34,686 nucleotides of DNA from an uncultured virus (IMG/VR IMGVR_UViG_3300030102_002633) (IMGVR_UViG_3300030102_002633), one strand, 5' to 3'. Counted from the stretch's first letter, positions 7,075-16,130 are shown. Notes: a model not told the origin generated them from the letters alone. Numbers and translations are program-made.

Positions 7075-7772
7075 TGGGACTATTCGGAACAAGCAACAGT
7101 TCATTGTCAACCCAAATACAGGGTCAACAACAAAGTAATTTCAAAGCAATGAACAACTTACTAACACTACAAGAGAATCATGTGGAAGATTTCTTCCAGT
7201 ATCATGGAGAAGCATTTTTAGGTGCTTTGGAGAAGTTAATTGAAGATGTAGTAACACGCTCTGTAAGTCAGATGTTAACTAAGTTAGAGTTCAATCAGAG
7301 TTCAAGCGGTAATCTAACAATCGCTCCCGAAGCACTCAATGAGTTTACATCAATAACTCAAGAAAATATTGATTTAGATTTGGCTAATCTTTTGGCTACT
7401 GCTATCAACAGTGAAGTTGTTATGCAGAGAAGAATGGCTAAACAACAATATCTTGAAGCACAAGGCTTCTCTTCTCCTTCTCAGCCACAACCCACAACAA
7501 CTCCAATGAATATAAATCCGAATGGATTAGACCCTTCACAGATACAGGGCGGTAATATGGCAGTTGGTATGAATAATACCATGATGCAACAACAAATGGC
7601 TTTCAATAACCAATCAGGATATCCTGTTCCTCCTTCGGGATATGACAGTATGAACAATCCATATTGGATTGACCCCGCAACAGGTCAACCAACATACACC
7701 CCACCGCAGAGTGGATTAGGTTTAGCATCAGGACTAGGTAAAGCAGTTGCATGGGCTAAGTGGTTAGCATAG
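7074..7772 (+). CDS. Hypothetical protein: helical core, Q/N/M/P-rich low-complexity region, amphipathic termini
   Basis: TAATG coupling to upstream gene; starts MGLFG; ends GLGLASGLGKAVAWAKWLA. Confidence 0.8.
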   Translation: MGLFGTSNSSLSTQIQGQQQSNFKAMNNLLTLQENHVEDFFQYHGEAFLGALEKLIEDVVTRSVSQMLTKLEFNQSSSGNLTIAPEALNEFTSITQENIDLDLANLLATAINSEVVMQRRMAKQQYLEAQGFSSPSQPQPTTTPMNINPNGLDPSQIQGGNMAVGMNNTMMQQQMAFNNQSGYPVPPSGYDSMNNPYWIDPATGQPTYTPPQSGLGLASGLGKAVAWAKWLA

Positions 7773-7787
7773 GATGGGGTCTGATGG

Positions 7788-10007
7788 ATGGCAGAGATAA
7801 AAGTAACAAGTAAAGTTGTTGACGGGTTAAAAGTAGGATTTATTCTTAAACCTGAAAAGAAAAAACAAACCGTTGATGACTTGTTTACTAATGATGAGTT
7901 ATTCAGAACTCTCACTGCTTTTATCTTCAATGGTGTGTCTAACACAACCCCAATGAAAGGAGTTCGTAGATTAACTAGAAAATTAGTTTCATTAGATAAT
8001 TCTGATTATAGAGGCACAGACTTAGAGTTCGATGAAGCAGAGTATGAAAAGTATCTTGATTCGTATTTTACTAAAATAGAGAAAGCACAATTAGATGAAT
8101 TAGTTAATATGCTTGAAAATATGAATTACGTTACTTCATCAGGTAAAAATAGAGCATTTTCTTTGGGTTTCCGTAAAGAGTTGGCAAAAGAAAATATTAA
8201 ACTTTTAGATTTGAGGAATGATTTGAAAGTTAGTAAATTATTGGGTAAGAGATACGGTAAAGGATTAGATGACACTGATGTTGATGATAGTGTAAAAGAT
8301 AAGAAGTCTGCTGAGAAAAGAAGAGAGAAAAAATATGATGCAAGAAGCAGTAGATTGTTAGGGGCTTTTGATAGAAGTGAACCCGCACTCTATCCATCAA
8401 TATTAATGAAGCACATTACTATTTCAGGTGGAGCAATAACTATTGATACAGAAGAATATTTCAAAGAGATTTTCAAGAAAGAAGGATATGGAACAATAGG
8501 AACAGGTTCATTTCAGTTTAATGTAGGTGGAGCATCCAAAGCAACATCAGAAGATGAAAAGGAAGAAGAGGATGAAGAGTCTAAATTAGATAGAGAAGCA
8601 GAGGAACAGGCATTAGAAGACTTTGGTTCAGATATGGAAACTGAGGAAGGCATTGAAGAAAAAATGCTAACTAAAGCAAATCCTGATGCTATCATTTCTG
8701 AAAACTATGGACAACCCGTTGACCAACTAGTTTCTCTTGCAATTTTAGATGATGGTATGTTTGAGTTGTTTGTATTCGGAGAGAAGAAATCTTTCAATTC
8801 TAAAGACAGAGATAAAAACATGGAAGATGTTTGGAATGCTATTCAAGATGTAAAGATGCCTGATAAAAAGTCATTACTCGATATTATTCGCTCACAGAGA
8901 AAATCAGTATTGAAAAACACTATCCTTTCTTTCATTACTCCAAGAGAAAATAAGATATCCATAGGAACTGCTACTATAACATTGAAGAGAAAAGAATGGA
9001 AAGATGAAGAGGATTTTATTCTTTGGATGACTAAAGGAGCAGGTAGTGAGGCGGATAAGAAAGTCATCAAAGACGCAAGAAAAATTTCTGAACATCTTAT
9101 GAAGATTGATAACTTATTAGATTATATTGAAAATCAATGGAGTAGTTATGGTTCAGAGTCAACATTTGAAAAATTTATGACAGTCATATTTTCTAAATCA
9201 AAAAAGGAAATTGTAGAACTATTGTCTAATTTGGTATCTAGTATAAAAGATGATAAATACAACGTAGATAATCCTGAACAAGCAGATGTCCAATCTGCGG
9301 AAGTAACTAATACATTTGATGACCAACTGTTTGAATTATTTACTGGAAATAAACCAAAGAGAATAAACCCTCAAGTAAGAAGTTATGATTTTAATACACA
9401 AGAATATCTTGTAAAACCTAAAATAAAACCTATTGGGGTAGAACAAATTGTTTATGATAAAGACGGTAATCCTGTAAAGGATAAAAAAGGTAAGATAGTC
9501 ACTGAGATTGTGGACTATGAACCTGTTTATGATAATCACGATGCTATGATAAAAGACATGGAACAATTACGTAAACTTGTAAATAACTCTAAGATAACAG
9601 AAGGACTTAACGTTGGTCAATTCTTTTTACAAGAAGGAAAAAGAGAAGACTTAATTTTAGAAGAATTACAAAAAGATGTATTAGATGCTCTAAAAGGAAA
9701 AGGTAATTGGCAGACATACAAAGATGAAAAAACGGGAGAGTCTGCTGAATTTAGAATGACTACAAACAAATATATTCCAATAATCAAATACACGTCAAAC
9801 GCTCCTAAGAAAATGGTCATTGATACTAAATTAGACGGAATATCGAGTAGAGAGTTCAAGCGTGGAAGGTTTAGTGAATCAAGAGTTAGAGCCACTAAAA
9901 AACAGAAAAAAGACAGAGCCAGTAAAGCGGATAAGGATGACTCCGATGAATTGCAACTCATTTATAACGAATATATGGCTTTGAAGGAATTAATAGGAAG
10001 TGTATGA
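7788..10007 (+). CDS. Large highly charged hypothetical protein (739 aa)
   Basis: Long ORF in operon context; K/E/D-rich with a central acidic tract; no recognisable motif. Confidence 0.8.
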   Translation: MAEIKVTSKVVDGLKVGFILKPEKKKQTVDDLFTNDELFRTLTAFIFNGVSNTTPMKGVRRLTRKLVSLDNSDYRGTDLEFDEAEYEKYLDSYFTKIEKAQLDELVNMLENMNYVTSSGKNRAFSLGFRKELAKENIKLLDLRNDLKVSKLLGKRYGKGLDDTDVDDSVKDKKSAEKRREKKYDARSSRLLGAFDRSEPALYPSILMKHITISGGAITIDTEEYFKEIFKKEGYGTIGTGSFQFNVGGASKATSEDEKEEEDEESKLDREAEEQALEDFGSDMETEEGIEEKMLTKANPDAIISENYGQPVDQLVSLAILDDGMFELFVFGEKKSFNSKDRDKNMEDVWNAIQDVKMPDKKSLLDIIRSQRKSVLKNTILSFITPRENKISIGTATITLKRKEWKDEEDFILWMTKGAGSEADKKVIKDARKISEHLMKIDNLLDYIENQWSSYGSESTFEKFMTVIFSKSKKEIVELLSNLVSSIKDDKYNVDNPEQADVQSAEVTNTFDDQLFELFTGNKPKRINPQVRSYDFNTQEYLVKPKIKPIGVEQIVYDKDGNPVKDKKGKIVTEIVDYEPVYDNHDAMIKDMEQLRKLVNNSKITEGLNVGQFFLQEGKREDLILEELQKDVLDALKGKGNWQTYKDEKTGESAEFRMTTNKYIPIIKYTSNAPKKMVIDTKLDGISSREFKRGRFSESRVRATKKQKKDRASKADKDDSDELQLIYNEYMALKELIGSV

Positions 10008-10008
10008 A

Positions 10009-11082
10009 ATGAGTAAGGTTCGTTCCCCAAGTGATTTTACAGATATTAATGTAAACTACGCAATAGGAAATGGACACTATACCACACATACAGATGTATC
10101 TAATCTTTTACAAATAAGTGCTTTTAGTGATACTACTACTCCTACAAGAGCAGAAGTAGGTAAAATAATCAAAAGAGTAGAAGAGAAGATTGATGATAGC
10201 ATAAAACAATCATTCAGACCAATAATACATCATGAGGAGTTCTATTCTTTTGATGGGTGGAATAAGGGTTCATACCCTGTTCAACCTTATCGTGATTATG
10301 TAGGTTTTATTCAACTATCACAACCTAAGATTCAGAAGTTAGTTCGATTGGAAGTATGGCAAGGTGATAGATATGTTGACTTGGCATCTGCAACTGCTAG
10401 ACTAACTCTACCTGCTTCTGTTACCAATAGTGCATGGACAATATCTCTTACTGCCGGAACTTACACTTTCAATCTCGTAGAGGGAACTCACTTCTACGAT
10501 AACTTTGGTTCAAGCACAACCGCAAGCCAACTCTCTGATGCAATCAATGAGAGATTCCCTGCAAAGACTGCGAGGTTTACAGGAGAAACTGCTCGTAAGA
10601 CCTTGAAGGACACTACTAATACAGTGAGCATATCTGATTTCTTTTACGCAACGGTTGATTCTGAGAATGGAGATACTGTTGTAATATCTTCACTGCTACT
10701 GGGTAATGATGGTTCTAACTGTAATATAACATCTACATTTGGGACTATTGAATCATTTACTGGTAATCAAGACTCAGGAAGAACAAGGGACTTTTGGCAG
10801 ATGAAGAAAGAAGGTAAGATATTCTTCTATCAAGAATACCCTCACGTTACTAACCATTCAATCAGAGTTGCATATGTTGCAGGTGATGGTAGAGTCCCTG
10901 CACCAATACATGAAGCAGCGACTAAGTTTGTGGCGGCAGAAGTAATACGACATGACGATAACTCAATCATGATTGCTGAAACAGAATCAAATATAGATTT
11001 GAAAACTAAGCATGATATTCTTCTTGAGGAAGCAAACAAGATAATTGACGGCAAGAAAAACATAATCCATTTCATAACGTGA
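10009..11082 (+). CDS. Head-tail adaptor/connector (SPP1 gp15/HK97 gp6-like) with a large insertion
   Basis: N-terminal YTTHTDVSNLL...IIKRVEEKIDDSIKQSF and C-terminal IRVAYVAG..VPAPIHEAATKFVA, the usual adaptor pattern; ATG at 10009 preferred over GTG 10000. Confidence 0.75.
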   Translation: MSKVRSPSDFTDINVNYAIGNGHYTTHTDVSNLLQISAFSDTTTPTRAEVGKIIKRVEEKIDDSIKQSFRPIIHHEEFYSFDGWNKGSYPVQPYRDYVGFIQLSQPKIQKLVRLEVWQGDRYVDLASATARLTLPASVTNSAWTISLTAGTYTFNLVEGTHFYDNFGSSTTASQLSDAINERFPAKTARFTGETARKTLKDTTNTVSISDFFYATVDSENGDTVVISSLLLGNDGSNCNITSTFGTIESFTGNQDSGRTRDFWQMKKEGKIFFYQEYPHVTNHSIRVAYVAGDGRVPAPIHEAATKFVAAEVIRHDDNSIMIAETESNIDLKTKHDILLEEANKIIDGKKNIIHFIT

Positions 11083-11086
11083 TACC

Positions 11087-11275
11087 ATGAAGAACCTAAT
11101 TTCTACTTTCGATGAGATTCTGAAAAGGGAACAGGAAAGGAATGAGATACTAAACGAAGTAGGTTTAGCAGGGTTCTCTCTAAGTGATGAGGAAGTATTC
11201 AAACACGCAGTAGATGCTTTTGTGTTAAAGGTACAAGAAAAGGCAGTGGAGGCAGTAAATGGCAGAACTCCTTGA
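11087..11275 (+). CDS. Small hypothetical protein
   Basis: 62-aa ORF filling the gap between adaptor and terminator genes. Confidence 0.6.
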   Translation: MKNLISTFDEILKREQERNEILNEVGLAGFSLSDEEVFKHAVDAFVLKVQEKAVEAVNGRTP

Positions 11276-11792
11276 TGAAGTTACATTCGTGAAAAGACTT
11301 CTTTCTGATAATTGGAGTGCTTCTGCTTTATCACTATACAATAGTGGTAAGATAGCAACTAACCTTCCTGTTCCTAAAATCATAGATGTTCGCTCGATTG
11401 AGCCACAAGAAGGAAGGAGGGTAGATGTAGATTCAAACAATGTAATTGTCATCTTTGAAGATAGTTCCTCTACCACTTATCCTACTATTGATTATACAGT
11501 TAGAAATGAAACATTTACCTTTACAATACACATAAGAGTGTTACATAGAAGGGACTTTCCCGACAATACAACTTCAAGAGATAGACTCAGAATACTATAT
11601 CGAATCGTGCGACACATTCTTGAGACAAACTCTCTTAGCCCTACCATAACAACTACATCGGGAGGCTCAACTTTTACTGATAGTGCAGAAGTAATCAAAC
11701 TAACAAGTAGGAGTGAAGCCAATGATAGAAAGAAAAGGTTATTGGGCTACAAACTAAGCGTAGAGATGAAGAGAATGGGGAGAAGCATATGA
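11259..11792 (+). CDS. Probable tail terminator/completion protein
   Basis: GGAGG RBS; alpha/beta pattern (VIVIFE...FTIHIRVL...RLRILYRIVRHIL...YKLSVEM); directly upstream of the tail tube gene. Confidence 0.65.
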   Translation: MAELLDEVTFVKRLLSDNWSASALSLYNSGKIATNLPVPKIIDVRSIEPQEGRRVDVDSNNVIVIFEDSSSTTYPTIDYTVRNETFTFTIHIRVLHRRDFPDNTTSRDRLRILYRIVRHILETNSLSPTITTTSGGSTFTDSAEVIKLTSRSEANDRKKRLLGYKLSVEMKRMGRSI

Positions 11793-13363
11793 CGACAACC
11801 GCAATATTGACTGATGAGGTGTTTACCGGAGCAGGTGCATCTGCTACAATGATACCTGAATGCGACATATATTTGCCTAATTGTGACCTTTCCGCCACTT
11901 TTACTAGCGTTGATATTATTCAGGCTGATTCTCTTGAGAGTGTTGCAATGTCATTAGTTCCTAACCTGTATGTTGGTTGTATGGCGAAAGTCGTTAATAC
12001 AGTAGATTCAGAATTTAGTGGAACATACATGATAAAGAGCAACACTACTAATTCAATTACTTTTGCAGAGGCTCTTGGAGATACCGAAGACGATAGAATA
12101 GATATTACAATTCTATCTTTTGGCTCACCATCCCCTGCTCCTAACGTAATAACAGGAAAACCTACATTGTTGGCTGATAACTGGTTAGGTTTAGTCAATA
12201 CAATTACTCCTCCATCAGTTGAGGTTGAAGTGGGACAACTCAATCTTGCATTGGGAGGAAGCAGAAACTTCGGATACCAATTCAAGAAGGGAGAAACCGT
12301 TAGCGGTGGTTCTCTTGATATCTCGATGAATAATGGTTCATGGCTTTACTATGTCTTAGGAGATTACACCGTATCTAATGGTAGTGCCGGAGGCGGGACT
12401 GCACACTCATTGGGAGGAAGTGGAAGTCTATCAGGAAACGGAGTAGCATTAGATACTACTGCTGATAGACTGGTTAGAGTTATTGATGGTAAAGAGTATC
12501 CTCCATCTTCAAACATAGGTAATTTGCAAATGGTTACAGAGAATACTGGCGGATACTTTGTTTACAACTTTACTGAGAACAACGGAGATTCATTGCCTTC
12601 ATTCGCATTGGAACTTACTTATGAGAAAACAGGATTAGCAGATGCAAACTACTACGTTGGTTCAGAGGGAACATCAACCGATGCTACTGCAAAGCCAATC
12701 AAGGATATCTACGCAAAGGTATTCACTGGATGTCAAGTAAACAGTATGACCATGAACTTTGAAGAAGGTCAAGAGTTGAAGACAAGTTTAGACTTGGTTA
12801 CAAGAAGGGCATTTGATGCACCAATAGATTACACTCCAAGAAGAAGAGTTCGCACAAACACATCTCTATTCAACTACCATTCTGATGATACTAACAACAG
12901 ACCATACCTTTTCTCAGGTGGTCAAATACAGTTGTATGGTCAGACTATTGCAAGAGTGAAGACAGGAAGTTTGACTATTGCAAACAACATAACTCCTCAG
13001 AGATTCATAGGACAGTCTTCAAGAGAAGTCATGTCTGCTCACATTCCGGCACAAAGAACATATGATATATCTCTAACACTACTAATTACAGATTCAAAAG
13101 TTTGGGAAGAACTCAGAAAGGAAGGAGAGTCATTAGGAGAAGGTCAAAGACTCACTCTCAAGTTCGCCAAAGATTTAGACAATGCTACTGTTGATGATTT
13201 CATTGAGTTGAAGTTCAATGACTATCTAACACAGAGCGTAAGCATACCGTTCCCCGAAGACAAAGGAGCATTAGAGGTAGAAGTTACCTTAGCGGCAAGA
13301 ACTTTGGAAAGTGCAACATATCAAGGAGATTGGAAGATACTACAATCTGCATCAGGAGTATAG
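11789..13363 (+). CDS. Major tail tube protein with extra domains
   Basis: GETVSGGSLDISM, LPSFALE, FTGCQVNSMTMNFEEGQELKTSLD, GSLTIANNI, RTYDISLTL; sits between terminator and chaperone genes; no sheath gene in the block. Confidence 0.8.
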   Translation: MTTTAILTDEVFTGAGASATMIPECDIYLPNCDLSATFTSVDIIQADSLESVAMSLVPNLYVGCMAKVVNTVDSEFSGTYMIKSNTTNSITFAEALGDTEDDRIDITILSFGSPSPAPNVITGKPTLLADNWLGLVNTITPPSVEVEVGQLNLALGGSRNFGYQFKKGETVSGGSLDISMNNGSWLYYVLGDYTVSNGSAGGGTAHSLGGSGSLSGNGVALDTTADRLVRVIDGKEYPPSSNIGNLQMVTENTGGYFVYNFTENNGDSLPSFALELTYEKTGLADANYYVGSEGTSTDATAKPIKDIYAKVFTGCQVNSMTMNFEEGQELKTSLDLVTRRAFDAPIDYTPRRRVRTNTSLFNYHSDDTNNRPYLFSGGQIQLYGQTIARVKTGSLTIANNITPQRFIGQSSREVMSAHIPAQRTYDISLTLLITDSKVWEELRKEGESLGEGQRLTLKFAKDLDNATVDDFIELKFNDYLTQSVSIPFPEDKGALEVEVTLAARTLESATYQGDWKILQSASGV

Positions 13364-13448
13364 GGGGATTTCTAAAGTAAATAGAATCCCTATACAGTTC
13401 ATACATTCCACCAACATTGTTTGTTTGTTGGTTTTTCGTTAGGTGGAA
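13358..13448 (+). promoter_or_regulatory. Structured intergenic region: hairpin plus RBS-sequestering/alternative stem
   Basis: Imperfect hairpin 13358-13395; TTCCACC (13406-13412) is complementary to GGTGGAA (13442-13448, the RBS); alternative ACCAACA/TGTTGGT stem followed by a T-run. Confidence 0.5.
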
Positions 13449-13455
13449 AGATATT

Positions 13456-13821
13456 ATGAGTGAAGAAAAAATAGTAAGTGATAAGAACAGTTTGTTTGCG
13501 ACAGTAAACACCGATTGCCATACGTTGAAGGTTAGCCCTGATTCGGATGAAGTGCTGAAAGTTTGGGTAAAAGAACCCACTTGGCTACAAGTAGAACAGG
13601 CATTATCATCTGTAATGAAGGTTGATGATGATGGAAGAATGGAACTTGACTTGAACAAGATGTATAAGTTCATGTGCCAAGAGTTCGTAGAGAAAACTGA
13701 ACCCCAACTTTCTAGCATTGAACTACTCAGATTGAATCCCTACATTGGGGCGCAATTGAAAGAAGTCCTCCCAAATCCATTCTTTGATTTACAGGAGGAG
13801 GATACAAAAAAAGCAATCTGA
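13456..13821 (+). CDS. Tail assembly chaperone (lambda gpG analogue)
   Basis: Between tube and tape measure genes; AGGTGG RBS supports ATG 13456 (MSEEK) rather than the TTG at 13417; ends at a slippery A-run. Confidence 0.8.
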   Translation: MSEEKIVSDKNSLFATVNTDCHTLKVSPDSDEVLKVWVKEPTWLQVEQALSSVMKVDDDGRMELDLNKMYKFMCQEFVEKTEPQLSSIELLRLNPYIGAQLKEVLPNPFFDLQEEDTKKAI

Positions 13822-14036
13822 TTCGTAAAGCATTAAGTGGTAGAGAAGTAGATGCTTCTTTAGGTTTTAGAATCATATTGTATTCATACTGCAAGACTTT
13901 CTCAATAAGTCCCGCAGAAGCACAACATACGCCAATGAAATTAATGGTTGAAATGTTACAGATACACTCAGAAGTAGAATCAATGAAAAATAGAGAAATG
14001 GAAAAGGAGGTGAAAAAACATGACCAAAGAAAATGA
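13812..14036 (+). CDS. -1 frameshift extension of the tail chaperone (gpGT analogue)
   Basis: A AAA AAA heptamer at 13806-13812; -1 frame open to TGA 14034-14036: SNLIRKALSG...YSYCKTFSISPAEAQHTPMKLMVEMLQIH...DQRK. Confidence 0.85.
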   Translation, partial: SNLIRKALSGREVDASLGFRIILYSYCKTFSISPAEAQHTPMKLMVEMLQIHSEVESMKNREMEKEVKKHDQRK

Positions 14037-15441
14037 AAGAGAACTTTCTGAACTTAGCAAGGCATTTGATAGAGCGGCAAGTTCCATTTCAAGAACGGGT
14101 CAAGCATTTGGTGAATTAGCAGAAAGTAGTAAAGAGTGGACTGTCATTAGTCGTATTCTTTCCGGTACTGGTATGTGGAGATTACAAAATCAAATACGTG
14201 CAGTAGGTCAAACAATTAACATATTTCATAAAAGACAGGAAGAAGCAAGAAAGGCTACATTAGAAGCAACAGAGGCTAATTTACAATTGGCTAAATCTCT
14301 CAAAGAAGTGGAAAACGCACTTGGTATGTCAGAGGAAGATATGAGAAAACAACCACTGACAAGAATGTTTACTAAAGCAGGTAGAGATGGAATTAAAGAA
14401 TACAAAGCAATGTGGCAAGAAGCAGGTAAACAGTTGGCTAAAGCAGAAGGTGGTCTTATGAAGTCACTTAGGCCGAGTGCTACTTCTAAATTTTTAGAAG
14501 GCGGGTTTTTCAAAGATAAGGAAACCGGAGAGGGAGGAGTTGGTCAATTCTTATCAGAAGTTACTGGTTATGGTAAAGTTAGTAGTAGACTAACAACACT
14601 CAAGGACAGATTCAAACAAACTGCAATTGGGGCTAACCTTCAAACTGTTGCAGGTATACCGCTTCCTACTAGTTATGGAATAAAAAAACAGTTTCTAAGA
14701 ACTAAAGGTAGATTAGGAGAAATAGTGAGGGGCGGTAGAAGAGGATATCGAAAAAACTTAGAAAAACTAGCCCGTAAATTAGGAGGGGTTGCAGGTAAAA
14801 TAAGTCAATTCTTTGTTGTTGGTGCTGCATTTTTGCTCAAAGCATCTGTGTGGTTTTTGGCAATAGTTACTGGAATAGCGTTGTTGGTATTTGTTATTAA
14901 AAAGTTAAAAATAAAAAAACGGTTACAGGCTTTTGAAAAGAAGTTTGGTTTCTTTGCAGAATTGTTTGAAGAAATTAAAACAATTTTAACTGCCGTTTTT
15001 GACGTGTTCAAAGCAGCATTTGCAGGTGATGGCGGAGCATTATGGAAAGGACTCAAAAAACTGTTTTGGGCTTGGTTAAGTATGTTGGAAACTATTATCA
15101 AAATACTTTTGACAGGTCTTTGGCAAGTAGTTAAAGCAATTGGAAAGGGTATTGTTAAAGGAGTTAAAAATTTCATCTTTGGTAGGGCTAATGGTGGAGT
15201 AGTGCGTTCCGGTGAATTAACACTAGTGGGAGAACGTGGCCCTGAATTAGTTAGATTACCTTCAGGAGCAAGAGTTCACACTAATTCTGAAAGCAAAAGA
15301 ATGAGTGGAGGAACAATCAACGTTCATGTTAACGGAAGAGTTGGTGCTTCTGACACTGAAATAAGGGATATAGCCAGTAAGGTAGCAAGAGAGATTAACA
15401 CTCAGATGAACAGACAAGCACATACGGTAGGTAGATTCTGA
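14020..15441 (+). CDS. Tail tape measure protein (short)
   Basis: GGAGGTGA RBS (14006-14013); helical, with a hydrophobic span and amphipathic repeats; C-terminal RANGGVV...LVGERGPELV...TINVHVNG motif common in tape measures. Confidence 0.85.
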   Translation: MTKENERELSELSKAFDRAASSISRTGQAFGELAESSKEWTVISRILSGTGMWRLQNQIRAVGQTINIFHKRQEEARKATLEATEANLQLAKSLKEVENALGMSEEDMRKQPLTRMFTKAGRDGIKEYKAMWQEAGKQLAKAEGGLMKSLRPSATSKFLEGGFFKDKETGEGGVGQFLSEVTGYGKVSSRLTTLKDRFKQTAIGANLQTVAGIPLPTSYGIKKQFLRTKGRLGEIVRGGRRGYRKNLEKLARKLGGVAGKISQFFVVGAAFLLKASVWFLAIVTGIALLVFVIKKLKIKKRLQAFEKKFGFFAELFEEIKTILTAVFDVFKAAFAGDGGALWKGLKKLFWAWLSMLETIIKILLTGLWQVVKAIGKGIVKGVKNFIFGRANGGVVRSGELTLVGERGPELVRLPSGARVHTNSESKRMSGGTINVHVNGRVGASDTEIRDIASKVAREINTQMNRQAHTVGRF

Positions 15442-16130
15442 TGGTAGAGCCAAATTACAGAGTCTTCTTGGAACTACAAAGAAGAAGTGAGTTTGGCTCA
15501 GGACAAGAAAACAGAATATCCCTTCTTGCCACAGATGTAACAGTAGCCACGAACAAAACAGTATTGAACATGGGAGTTCCCTTTTCAGGTGCAGTTCGTG
15601 GAGAATCACTAAACTTAGCAATGGATGTTGGTATGGCTCAGAAGACTGTTAGTGTTAGTGGTTTTTTAGTTGAGCAAACCATCACTAAGAAGAAGGATGA
15701 AGATGGTGAGCCTACAAGTGTTAAACTAACTTCTTTTGAGTTGGCTCAGTTGATACATTCTTATGCAGATGCGAGTTCTTTTCAGAATGACCAAAACATA
15801 AACAGATTGGTTTTACTCATACCAAGTAGAGTGAATCACAACTTTGAGTATCACAATTCTGATACTGAAACTGATGATATAGCAGACTTACCTTTGATAT
15901 CTTGGTCATGGAAAAATAGAGAATATGATAACTCATTTACTTCGGGTGTTAGTGGGGGAACAAAGTATTTCCAACCATACGAATCTACTAACACAGATGC
16001 GGCGACTCTTGGTATAAGTGGATTCATTCGTTCATTCTCAACTACTGTAAGTGGTCAAGAGTTTCCGGCGGTTCAGTTTCAATTGGAGTTTGAGGAAGCA
16101 ATGGTGGTAGCAGATAACTTCTTGGATTGA
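15441..16130 (+). CDS. Probable distal tail (Dit-like) protein
   Basis: TGATG-coupled to the tape measure; DVGMAQKTVSVSG, GFIRSFSTT...VQFQLEFEE tube-like beta pattern. Confidence 0.6.
   Translation: MVEPNYRVFLELQRRSEFGSGQENRISLLATDVTVATNKTVLNMGVPFSGAVRGESLNLAMDVGMAQKTVSVSGFLVEQTITKKKDEDGEPTSVKLTSFELAQLIHSYADASSFQNDQNINRLVLLIPSRVNHNFEYHNSDTETDDIADLPLISWSWKNREYDNSFTSGVSGGTKYFQPYESTNTDAATLGISGFIRSFSTTVSGQEFPAVQFQLEFEEAMVVADNFLD

Noticed and set aside
7074..7094. MGxxxT/S N-myristoylation-like motif
   Set aside because: Prokaryotic hosts lack N-myristoyltransferase and the rest of the window is a prokaryotic tailed virus; an amphipathic start is the simpler reading.
11789..13363. Contractile tail sheath
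   Set aside because: Size fits, but the motifs are tube-like, there is no separate tube gene, and no baseplate J/wedge genes are recognisable.
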